DNA of 64,000 nucleotides, taken from assembly GCA_038844925.1 (NCBI GenBank), contig JAWBQY010000005.1:6325-70324 (forward strand), written 5' to 3'. Position numbers and translations under genes: made by a program. Below, piece by piece: positions 1 to 8,175 of this stretch. This DNA comes from Sulfolobales archaeon. GTDB lineage: Archaea; Thermoproteota; Thermoprotei_A; Sulfolobales; NBVN01. Under the pieces are notes generated by a model that saw only the letters and a list, made by a program, of their open reading frames with translations, did not search any database and was not told where the DNA came from. Each line of letters begins with the position of its first letter. Position 1 is the first letter of the stretch.

Positions 1-17
1 TTACTGACTATGAGGTA

Positions 18-581
18 ATGCTCCTTAGCTTCACACCATTATCTGACGCGGTTAAGGCTAGGGTCCGCGATGACTTACTCATCACTGTTTTAACTCCTGA
101 CCTCCTACAACAACACATACTAATTGGGTTAGCCGTTAGTGAGTTCTTAAATAGGTCTGGCGTTAGGGGCTATAGGCTATGGTATGAGTTAACTAACTTA
201 AAGCCCGTGTTAAAGGACTTAATAGCTGGGTATATGAGTAAGTTATTAGAGGTAAGAGAGTTTGCTAAAGAACCCTTCATCATTTCCTCCACACCAAGTA
301 TGTTAGGCCCAGCTGAATACGTAGCATACCATTATAATTCGCCAGTGCCCCGCTACTTAATAACGCTATACAATGTTAAACACTATGTTAGGTATGTAAA
401 GAAAGTACTACTAATATCAACAGATGTTGAGGAGTTCTCCGTTAAGGAGGTAAGAAACCTCAAACTAAGTAATATCGCAGACGTATGTGAGTTAAGAGTT
501 AAGACAGACCCCCTCACAGCACCTATCTACGGGTTAATACTCCTAACAGCTTTGAATAAGCTCGGCGATCTAAATGTTTGA
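18..581 (+). CDS. hypothetical protein (frame stays open to the window edge, so possibly 5'-truncated)
   Basis: 187-aa ORF. Its stop overlaps the start of the next gene (AATGTTTGA, 574-581), suggesting operon coupling. No motif recognised. Confidence 0.35.
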   Translation: MLLSFTPLSDAVKARVRDDLLITVLTPDLLQQHILIGLAVSEFLNRSGVRGYRLWYELTNLKPVLKDLIAGYMSKLLEVREFAKEPFIISSTPSMLGPAEYVAYHYNSPVPRYLITLYNVKHYVRYVKKVLLISTDVEEFSVKEVRNLKLSNIADVCELRVKTDPLTAPIYGLILLTALNKLGDLNV

Positions 582-1320
582 AGACTGCCTTAAGGGTAAG
601 ACCGTAGTGATTACGGGGGCCAGCGGCCTCATAGGGAGTGCGATTGCCGCTAAATTAGGGGGCGAGGGAGCTAGACTAATACTACACTACAATAAATCCG
701 AAGAAAGTGCTGTAAGACTAGCTAACGAGTTGAGGGTAAAGACGTATGTAGACCTGGTTAGATACGACTTCAGCAGGCTTGACAACGTGTTAGACTTCAT
801 AAAATATTTAAAAACGAGGTACGATGTAATAGACGTCTTAATAAATAGTGCTGGGGTCTACGACGACACCCCACTACAGGCTGTAGATGTAGACTTAATC
901 AATAAGGTATTAAACGTAAATTTAATTTCATCCATGTTAATCTCTAAGGAGATAGGTACTTCAATGTTTTACAGTCGTGGAGGCATTATAGTAAACTTAA
1001 TATGCCTAACACCTCTGAGGGGTCAGAAAGTATATGAATGTCTTAAACCATCACTACCCTACATTATATCTAAGGCAGGCCTCATACAGTTAACTAAGTA
1101 CTTAGCAAGTGAGCTAGCCCCTAAGGTTAGGGTGGTAGGCATAGCACCAGGCTGGGTTGGAAGTAGGAAGTTAACACCTCAATTAGTTAAGTGTGTGGAG
1201 GACTCCGTCCCGGCAAAGAGGGCGGCAGAACCTGAAGAAATTGCTGACCTAGTAAGGTACTTAATATGTAGTGGGACCTACATTAACGGCACAGTAGTAG
1301 AGTTTTCTGGAGGCCTTTAA
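574..1320 (+). CDS. short-chain dehydrogenase/reductase (SDR) family oxidoreductase
   Basis: N-terminal TGASGLIGSAIA (TGxxxGxG dinucleotide-binding motif) and YIISK (YxxxK catalytic motif). The ~250 aa length is typical of classical SDRs. Confidence 0.85.
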   Translation: MFEDCLKGKTVVITGASGLIGSAIAAKLGGEGARLILHYNKSEESAVRLANELRVKTYVDLVRYDFSRLDNVLDFIKYLKTRYDVIDVLINSAGVYDDTPLQAVDVDLINKVLNVNLISSMLISKEIGTSMFYSRGGIIVNLICLTPLRGQKVYECLKPSLPYIISKAGLIQLTKYLASELAPKVRVVGIAPGWVGSRKLTPQLVKCVEDSVPAKRAAEPEEIADLVRYLICSGTYINGTVVEFSGGL

Positions 1321-1368
1321 ACAATTCTAGAAGCCAAGTATTGACTAAATACTAGCAATTAGTCCTCA

Positions 1369-1419
1369 TCAGACGCGGGTTCATAAATCACGTACTTCAT
1401 ACCTTGTAAGCTTCATCAT
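1369..1419 (-). ncRNA. candidate C/D-box sRNA (2'-O-methylation guide)
   Basis: Minus strand 1419->1369 reads ATGATGA(C)-AGCTTACAAGGT(12)-ATGA(D')-AGTAC(5)-GTGATTT(C')-ATGAACCCGCGT(12)-CTGA(D). C and D boxes are perfect and both guides are exactly 12 nt. It is intergenic, and D'/C' are degenerate. Confidence 0.45.
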
Positions 1420-1482
1420 CAAGATACATAGGCGTATTCATAAGTTATAAATTTAGTAGAGGTTTAATTCTCGGATGGTTAG

Positions 1483-2235
1483 GTGGGCTTCGAACTAGTA
1501 AGTGGTGTTGACGTAGTTAACGAGCTACCAGTAATTTACTTAAGGAAGTATAGGATGGTATTATTAGCTGATACCCACATAGGTTTTGAGGAAGAGATGG
1601 CTGAGAAGGGGGTTTACATACCGCGCTTTCAGAAAAAGAAGTTAATGAACATACTTGAGGAGGTCTTCAACTCAGTTGATGTTAAGGTCCTAACAATTGT
1701 TGGCGATTTTAAGCATAAGTTTAACGAGTTGGGTAGAATAGAGAGAATAGAGTTAAATGAGGTAATAAAGTATGTGTTAAGCAGGGTTGAGGAGTTCATA
1801 GTTGTTAGAGGTAACCACGATAACTACCTCTCAGTACTTACCCGTAAGTACAACTTCACACTAACTGACAAGTTGAGTATTGGTGACTTTCTAATAGTCC
1901 ACGGCCATAATAAATTACCGGAAGACGTCCATGCGAAATACGTAGTCATAGGGCATGAGCATCCAGCGATTACGTTACGCGACTCCTTAGGAAGTATTGG
2001 TAGATTTCAATGCTTCTTAGTCGGTGAGTTATTTAATGGCCTACAACTAATAACATTACCTGCCGTAGGGGCTTACCAGACAGGTAGTAAGGTAACATTA
2101 GATAGGAACACGTACCTATCGCCAATACTTAAGGAGCAGACATCTCTGGAGAATTTAAGACCTGTAGTAGTAGACGAGGAAGTAGGTATTCTAGAGCTAC
2201 CAGCCCTTAAAGACTTATACGACATATCTTACTGA
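1483..2235 (+). CDS. metallophosphoesterase (calcineurin-like, archaeal SbcD/MJ0037-like family)
   Basis: Ordered phosphoesterase motifs are present: LLADTHIG, VGDFKH, RGNHDN, VHGH and IGHEHP. Confidence 0.8.
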   Translation: MGFELVSGVDVVNELPVIYLRKYRMVLLADTHIGFEEEMAEKGVYIPRFQKKKLMNILEEVFNSVDVKVLTIVGDFKHKFNELGRIERIELNEVIKYVLSRVEEFIVVRGNHDNYLSVLTRKYNFTLTDKLSIGDFLIVHGHNKLPEDVHAKYVVIGHEHPAITLRDSLGSIGRFQCFLVGELFNGLQLITLPAVGAYQTGSKVTLDRNTYLSPILKEQTSLENLRPVVVDEEVGILELPALKDLYDISY

Positions 2236-2252
2236 TAGTGAGCATAGTTTAA

Positions 2253-2282
2253 AAACCCTTTTTAAACCTTTTAAAAGGGTTT
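2253..2282. promoter_or_regulatory. perfect 10-bp inverted repeat (AAACCCTTTT-N10-AAAAGGGTTT) between the upstream gene's stop and the tbp start; terminator and/or operator overlapping a TATA-like TTTAAAAA
   Basis: Arms are at 2253-2262 and 2273-2282. TTTAAAAA at 2248-2255 lies about 30 nt before the GTG at 2286, consistent with a leaderless tbp transcript. The T-run follows the stop of the 1483-2235 gene. Confidence 0.3.
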
Positions 2283-2285
2283 GAT

Positions 2286-2846
2286 GTGGGATTAAACCCT
2301 TTAATTAGGATTGAGAATATAGTTGCTACGGTAAGTCTCGAGCAGGAGTTAGATCTAAATTTAATAGGTAGGAACGTGCCGAACATAGAGTACGAACCTG
2401 ACGAGTTTCCAGGTCTTATCATGAGGTTGGAGGGACCTAGACTTACAGCCCTAATATTCAACTCCGGTAAGATGGTTGTCACAGGGGCTAAGAGTACTCA
2501 AGAATTAATTAAGGGGTTTAAAAAGATAATAAAGACCTTAACCAAGTATGGAATAATAATCATCGGTAAACCTAAGATTCAGATCCAAAACATAGTTGCA
2601 TCAGCTAATCTCAACGCCGAGGTCAACTTAGAGAAAGCGGCATACCTTCTTAAAAACACGATGTATGAGCCGGAGCAATTTCCAGGACTAATCCACAGGA
2701 TGGATGACCCTAGAGTAGTACTACTGATCTTTAGTAGTGGGAAAATGGTGATAACCGGAGCTAAGAGTGAGGAGGAGGTCTACAGAGCTGTTAACAACAT
2801 CTACGAGAACTTAAAGGAAATCTCCTGCATTAGGGAGATTACATAA
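2286..2846 (+). CDS. tbp: TATA-box binding protein
   Basis: The protein has the two-fold internal repeat typical of TBP. Repeat 1 reads [16 protein letters not shown]...[14 protein letters not shown]...[15 protein letters not shown]. Repeat 2 reads [10 protein letters not shown]...[14 protein letters not shown]...[15 protein letters not shown]. Confidence 0.95.
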   Translation: MGLNPLIRIENIVATVSLEQELDLNLIGRNVPNIEYEPDEFPGLIMRLEGPRLTALIFNSGKMVVTGAKSTQELIKGFKKIIKTLTKYGIIIIGKPKIQIQNIVASANLNAEVNLEKAAYLLKNTMYEPEQFPGLIHRMDDPRVVLLIFSSGKMVITGAKSEEEVYRAVNNIYENLKEISCIREIT

Positions 2847-2859
2847 TTTTTAATTTATA

Positions 2860-2911
2860 TCAGAGTGAGTTGTGGTCTTCACCGAATCTCTAAGGCTGCC
2901 CACCTCATCAT
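2860..2911 (-). ncRNA. candidate C/D-box sRNA (2'-O-methylation guide)
   Basis: Minus strand 2911->2860 reads ATGATGA(C)-GGTGGGCAGCCT(12)-TAGA(D')-GATTCG(6)-GTGAAGA(C')-CCACAACTCACT(12)-CTGA(D). C and D boxes are perfect, both spacers are exactly 12 nt, and C' matches 6/7. It is intergenic. Confidence 0.45.
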
Positions 2912-3091
2912 CTACTACTTTAATTCCTTTATCAAACGTTTAAAGTTTTTGATGACATCCCCCACATCGGAAAGCCTCATCCCCAAGGGTGGAGGGGGTC
3001 AAATCCTTAAAAGCTCAGTACTTCGTAGAGGGTTTTCCCTGAGGAAGGTTAGCTATAAAATATTAGACTACCTTACTTTAATGGTGTCTTA

Positions 3092-4147
3092 GTGGTTGGT
3101 GGGGTATCCGTAGGTATTATTAGTTGGGGGGCTTACATCCCTAGGTTTAGGATTAAAGTATCAGATATTGCTAGGTTATGGGGTTTTGATCAGCTATTAG
3201 TTAAGTCATTAAATATTGAGGAGAAGGCCGTAGCTAACGTAGATGAGGACGCAACTACTATGGGTTGGTATGCAGCTCGTTCAGCCATTATGAGGGCAGG
3301 TATAAATGTAGGTGAGTTGGGAGCTATTTTCCTTGGAACTGAGTCTAAGCCCTATGCAGTCAAACCAAGCGCAACTATAATAGGTGATGCGTTAGGACTG
3401 CCTAACAAGAAATTAGCATCTGATATGGAGTTTGCTTGCAGAGCTGCTGGTGAGGGGATTAGAATTTCAATAGGTTTAGTGTCCAGCGGTATGATTAAGT
3501 ACTCCTTAGTAGTTGGTTCTGATACTGCTCAAGCTAATCCTGGAGACGTCTTAGAGCTTACCGCAGCTTCAGGGGCTGCTGCCTACATCATAGGTCCTAA
3601 GGATGAAGGTGTTGCATACTTTGAGGGCTCGTATACGTATACGAGTGATACCCCAGACTTTTGGAGGAGGGATGGATCGCCGTACCCACTTCACGGTGAG
3701 GTATTTACTGATGAGCCAGCTTACTTCAACCACATAGTCAATTCTGTAAAAGGCTTGATGAGTGAGCTAGGTCTTAGACCTGAAGACTTCGACTACGCAA
3801 TATTCCACCAACCAAATGGTAGGTTCCCACTAAGAGTGGGGGCTGAGTTAGGATTCCCGAAAGATAAAATACTTCCAGGACTGGTGAACCCTTGGATTGG
3901 TAATACGTATAATGCTTCAGCATTATTAGGCTTAGCTAAGGTTTTAGAGGAGGCTAAACCTGGGCAGAGGATATTACTAGCAACGTTTGGGAGTGGGGCA
4001 GGCAGCGACTCATTCAGCATCGTAACTACTGATAAGTTGTTAACTAGGGTTAACAACGCGTTAAAGGTTACTGACATGCTAAACAATAAGATATACATTG
4101 GATATGATGCTTATGCGAAGTATAGAAAATTGTTGGAGAGGATATGA
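3092..4147 (+). CDS. hydroxymethylglutaryl-CoA synthase (archaeal type)
   Basis: WGAYIPRFRI N-terminus plus GTESKPYAVKP, DMEFACRAAG (catalytic Cys), FHQPNG and GNTYNAS. It is first in the HMGCS/thiolase/DUF35 gene order. Confidence 0.9.
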   Translation: MVGGVSVGIISWGAYIPRFRIKVSDIARLWGFDQLLVKSLNIEEKAVANVDEDATTMGWYAARSAIMRAGINVGELGAIFLGTESKPYAVKPSATIIGDALGLPNKKLASDMEFACRAAGEGIRISIGLVSSGMIKYSLVVGSDTAQANPGDVLELTAASGAAAYIIGPKDEGVAYFEGSYTYTSDTPDFWRRDGSPYPLHGEVFTDEPAYFNHIVNSVKGLMSELGLRPEDFDYAIFHQPNGRFPLRVGAELGFPKDKILPGLVNPWIGNTYNASALLGLAKVLEEAKPGQRILLATFGSGAGSDSFSIVTTDKLLTRVNNALKVTDMLNNKIYIGYDAYAKYRKLLERI

Positions 4148-5289
4148 GCATGGCCTGTAGGAAGGTGTACATCGCATCAGCATCTATGATTAGGGTTAGC
4201 AGGTATTTCACTAAATCATATAAGGAGTTAGCATTCGATGTTGTGGATGAAATCTCTAGGAATTTAAGCAATGACGGTTTAAACAACATAGACTACGTTA
4301 TAGTGTCAAACGTATTTAGCGATTCAATGCTAGATCAACTTGACATCTCCACAATTTTAACTCAGGAGTTAGGCCTCACACCTAAGCCTGCATTAAGAAT
4401 TGAAACCGGTGAGTCAAGCGGTTTAGCAGCTATTGCGCATGCCTACGCCCTAATTAAGTCTGGACTAGCCTCATCAGTCCTCGTCATAGGCGTTGAAAAG
4501 AGTAGTGAATATCCAACCACCGCCATTAATAAACATCTAACTAAATTACTTGACTATGAGGTTGAATCCATATATGATTTCGCGTTAGTTAACGAAGCAG
4601 CCTTCCTCATGAAGGAATATATGGAGAGATACAGGTATAGCAGGGAGGACTTAAGCAGTTGGTCTGTAAAAATGCACAGCAATGCTGTTAGGAACCCCTA
4701 CGCTCAGTTAAAATTCACTGTAACTAAAGAGCAAGTAGTTAATAGTCAAGTACTCTCCGACCCGTTAAGACTGCTTGATTCGTTTCCAATAGGTGATGGA
4801 GCAGCGGCTATACTACTCACAAGTAATGATGGCTTAATATCAAATAGCGACTACGTCGAGATTGAGGCAGTATTCCAGGCAACCGCACTACCGCTTAACT
4901 TAAGAGATAACATACTCGAATTACCGGCTACTAAACTCCTCTTCAGTAGGTTAGTAAAGGAATGTAAAGTAGATATTAATGATGCTGTTTTAGAAATACA
5001 CGACTCATACAGCATACTTGGATACCTAATAATCGAAGAGTTAGGACTGGTTAGGAGGGGTAAAGCTCCTGAAGTCATCAACGACTTAAATAATGTAAAC
5101 TTAAGCGGTGGATTGAAGGCAAGGGGGCACCCTATCGGCGCTACAGGCGTCTACCAAGTCGCAGAAATATTTAAAATTCTGACAGAAGGGTTAGGCGATG
5201 TTAGACGTAACGTTACGTGGGGGTTAGCACACAGTATGTCAGCCTTAGACTTAAATTCAGCAGTAGTAGTTGTTAGGAGGTGTAGGTAG
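4144..5289 (+). CDS. thiolase-family protein (archaeal acetyl-CoA acetyltransferase paralogue) lacking the nucleophilic Cys
   Basis: Thiolase-like motifs VIGVEK, DPLRLLDSFPIGDGAAA, HDSYS and GGLKARGHPIGATGV are present. The active-site loop reads IETGESSGLAA where the paralogue at 46045-47205 has VEAACGSGGAA. There is a 4-nt overlap with the HMGCS gene. Confidence 0.8.
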   Translation: MSMACRKVYIASASMIRVSRYFTKSYKELAFDVVDEISRNLSNDGLNNIDYVIVSNVFSDSMLDQLDISTILTQELGLTPKPALRIETGESSGLAAIAHAYALIKSGLASSVLVIGVEKSSEYPTTAINKHLTKLLDYEVESIYDFALVNEAAFLMKEYMERYRYSREDLSSWSVKMHSNAVRNPYAQLKFTVTKEQVVNSQVLSDPLRLLDSFPIGDGAAAILLTSNDGLISNSDYVEIEAVFQATALPLNLRDNILELPATKLLFSRLVKECKVDINDAVLEIHDSYSILGYLIIEELGLVRRGKAPEVINDLNNVNLSGGLKARGHPIGATGVYQVAEIFKILTEGLGDVRRNVTWGLAHSMSALDLNSAVVVVRRCR

Positions 5290-5705
5290 TGAAGCTATCA
5301 ATACCTAGGTTTTGGAGGAGGAGATTTGACTACTACTCTATTAGGATTACCGAGTGCTTAGAATGTGGTAGGAAGTCATACCCCAGGAGACCTATATGCC
5401 CGTACTGCAAGTCACGTAATGTTAGGACTACGAACTCAGTAGGACTCGGTGAAGTAGTAAGCTATACCATCAGCTATTACAGAATTGAGGGAAGTGAGGA
5501 AAACCTACCGAAGATCATAGCTTTAATAAGATTGGACGAGGGACCCATAGTCATTGGTGAGGTAGTAGATGTAAGCCAATCTGAAGTGCGTCAAGGCTTA
5601 AGAGTTGAGGCAGTTTTAAGGAGGTTGAAGTCTGAAGACCCCAGCGGGCTGATATACTACGGACTTAAGTTCAGACCACTAATAACCAACTCAGCCGTCG
5701 GCTAG
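5289..5705 (+). CDS. DUF35 OB-fold / zinc-ribbon protein (thiolase-HMGCS complex subunit)
   Basis: The zinc ribbon CLECG...CPYCKS is followed by an OB-fold-like C-terminus. Its start overlaps the thiolase stop (TAGTGA). Confidence 0.85.
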   Translation: MKLSIPRFWRRRFDYYSIRITECLECGRKSYPRRPICPYCKSRNVRTTNSVGLGEVVSYTISYYRIEGSEENLPKIIALIRLDEGPIVIGEVVDVSQSEVRQGLRVEAVLRRLKSEDPSGLIYYGLKFRPLITNSAVG

Positions 5706-6084
5706 GCCTTTTCCCTCCTTAAAACAGCCGTAATTACGACCTCTAAACCCGTATTTGAAACCACTACGACATGTTATTTACTTCATGTTGGAAGTCTGCC
5801 GCCATTCATGATTAGAGAGTTTTGGCAGCTGTTTTCTTTAAGTTTTTGTAGGTCTTTCTAGGCTTTCAAAACTTTGACATAATAGGAGTACGGCTCGTAG
5901 AACTTATAAATCCATGAGCTTCCAAACGTTTCAGTAATACCGAGTTCCCGAAGACCTACGGCAGTCCGGGGGAGGAGTTCGGGGGAACCGTGATGAACAA
6001 TCCTGAGGAAGCCTACAAAACCTTGGGATGGGGGAGCGAGTGCGTACCTCAGCTTTAACCATCATTCACCTCTCGAAGTAGTTG

Positions 6085-7782
6085 TTAAGTTGGAGCAGCG
6101 GATCGTTTTAAGTACCTATGTATTTCGTAAACTGTCGTGAGGACTATTGCAATACTTATAATTATTGCAGATAATTCGTAGATAGATTCCAGTACTTCTA
6201 ATCTTATTATAGTCTCAAACACTATGATTATCTGGAAGGTAGTTGCCAGCCCGCCTATGACTATATCTAGCAGTCTTGACACGAGCTCTCTTAAACTCCT
6301 TATACTGCGTAAGGCTGAGGTTAGTACGATCCTATAAATCTTCCTAAGAGTTAATGCAAGTGCTACTGAAATCACAATCATACTAACCACGCCAATAATA
6401 ACGTCCACATAGCTCGGAAGCCCTAAAGGTCTAATAAGGTCTACTGAAATTGTATTTAAATATGAAACTGCTAGAAGGACTATTGAGAACTTGACTATAG
6501 GTGATAGGAGAGCTACTGTAAATTCTACACGCTTCACGTACCTTTCAGAAAGCGTCTCAAATAGTACTACTACTTTACGTGGAATGGCGGACTCTATTCT
6601 ATCAAGCATCTTTAACCCATTAGGGAAGGCGAGGCTAAAGAATATCAATGACACTACGACGGATATTACCGATACTGAGACCATATCCCTAGCTACTACC
6701 CCTGTCGTAGCCAGCGAGTCCGTTAGTATTATACCCATCTCACTAAGCGGCGATAGAAGTAGAGCTAAAATTATGCTGTTCCTCAGACCTACACCTGAGA
6801 GCCCGCATCCTAGAAATATTCCGACCATTCTGGCTGCCGTAGCAGTTAAACCTATGAGGAGTCCTAAACCAATTATTAAGGGTTCAGCAACACCTGTAGT
6901 TATGTCTAGATACAACTGTAGGCCTAAGCTCGTGAAGTAGAGGAGTAGACCTACATCTCTAGGACCTTTAAGTAGGTCAGAGATGTCGGACACGCTGTGG
7001 AAGTAGGCAAAAACAACACCACCTATGAAGGCACCGAAGAGTTCTGGTAGACCGACGAACCTAGCGAGTGTGGCGAACAGTATGGCTATGGTGATCGAGA
7101 GGAAGAACTTACTTTCCTTCTCCTGTGCGAGAGGGCTCGTTAGGATTGGTTTAAGTACGAACCTTGAAGCTAATACGAAGAGGGATGCTGTTGCTACCAA
7201 GCCGAGAATTAGCCAAAGCGCTTCTGCAGGATGGACTAATACGAAGCCCATAGACATGAACACGGTAAATAACATAAACTGAACGAAGTCCTCAAGACTA
7301 GTCTGAACTACTGCATTAGTAGCTAATCCTTCTAGGAAGCCCTGCGAGGAAGTAGGACCTTTAGACCTAATGGTAGCGATTGCTGCGGTAGAACTGTTAA
7401 TCATCATCATGAAGATCGCTAACCTACTGAGCGTGTCCATGTCAAACAGCAAGGCAATAACACTGCTTAGAAGCCATATAGTAACGTATGACAGAATCTC
7501 CACGGCTAATGCCTTATTAACAGCCTTTGAGAGCTTCTTAAACTCTAATGACGCACTAACTTCAAAGACGAAGAGTATGAGGCCGAACCACTTCAATGGA
7601 TCTATAAACTTAGTTGCCTCGACCACATCCACACTTAAGTGAGTCATCAGGAAGGCTGCAACAAACCCACCAGCAATATATCCTGAGACTTCTGGCATAT
7701 TAACCCTACGCATAATTAAGGCAAATACCACACCAAGAGAGAGTAGTACAAGCGTTACGAGTGCATACATAGTAAACACCAC
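6085..7782 (-). CDS. cation:proton antiporter (CPA2/Kef-like) membrane protein with extra C-terminal TM region
   Basis: About 14 hydrophobic segments. The N-terminal RRVNMPEVSGYIAGGFV resembles the conserved first helix of Na+/H+ exchanger family proteins. Confidence 0.7.
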   Translation of the reverse strand: MVFTMYALVTLVLLSLGVVFALIMRRVNMPEVSGYIAGGFVAAFLMTHLSVDVVEATKFIDPLKWFGLILFVFEVSASLEFKKLSKAVNKALAVEILSYVTIWLLSSVIALLFDMDTLSRLAIFMMMINSSTAAIATIRSKGPTSSQGFLEGLATNAVVQTSLEDFVQFMLFTVFMSMGFVLVHPAEALWLILGLVATASLFVLASRFVLKPILTSPLAQEKESKFFLSITIAILFATLARFVGLPELFGAFIGGVVFAYFHSVSDISDLLKGPRDVGLLLYFTSLGLQLYLDITTGVAEPLIIGLGLLIGLTATAARMVGIFLGCGLSGVGLRNSIILALLLSPLSEMGIILTDSLATTGVVARDMVSVSVISVVVSLIFFSLAFPNGLKMLDRIESAIPRKVVVLFETLSERYVKRVEFTVALLSPIVKFSIVLLAVSYLNTISVDLIRPLGLPSYVDVIIGVVSMIVISVALALTLRKIYRIVLTSALRSIRSLRELVSRLLDIVIGGLATTFQIIIVFETIIRLEVLESIYELSAIIISIAIVLTTVYEIHRYLKRSAAPT

Positions 7783-8175
7783 TCAACGCTCTCATTATAC
7801 GGTTGCCTACGTAGGCCTTCACACCTATATGCAAACCAATAACCTACTGCAAACTGCATGAGATACCAGTAAATTCTGTTTAACATAATTTAATACTAAC
7901 TCGTTCTATAAATACCCTCAGCAAGCATGATGGACAACCACGCGGTAATTTTAAATCCATGGCAAGCAAATCCTAACTTAAGCAGTAATGAGAGTTGAGT
8001 GAGAACTAGCTAATGTTGATGACAACGAGAGGATATCAACGCATGGAGGGCTGAGAGCAATAAGTAGTACTGACTACTACGAAGCTTAAATTCTTAAAAG
8101 TTATTCCCAATTCTAGGGAAGTTAATCTTATCTTATTTACTGCTTAAGTAGATTTAATTAGTGAGGTTGGTGTGA

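Noticed and set aside
2865-3092. 75-aa plus-strand ORF in the tbp-HMGCS spacer
   Set aside because: The translation has no recognisable motif. It overlaps a well-formed C/D-box candidate on the other strand, and the spacer has GC-rich hairpin-prone sequence more consistent with non-coding function.
5935-6060. Assigning the GC-rich island to RNase P RNA, SRP RNA, a tRNA or an H/ACA sRNA
   Set aside because: AGTCCGGGGG resembles the RNase P CR-I/P4 strand, but I found no matching 3' P4 strand. There is also no tRNA T-arm or acceptor pairing, no SRP helix-8 motif and no convincing pseudouridylation pocket. It is kept only as an unclassified candidate.
6491-7642. Three plus-strand ORFs (6491-6940, 7025-7282, 7370-7642) inside the antiporter gene
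   Set aside because: They are antisense to a long, coherent multi-TM coding frame. Their translations are S/T/N/R-rich with no motifs, typical of shadow ORFs.
8014-8052. TTGATGA ... CTGA pair upstream of cdc6 as a C/D-box sRNA
   Set aside because: Only 28 nt separate the boxes, too short for two 12-nt guides plus D'/C'. The C box has U at the R position and no internal boxes are present.
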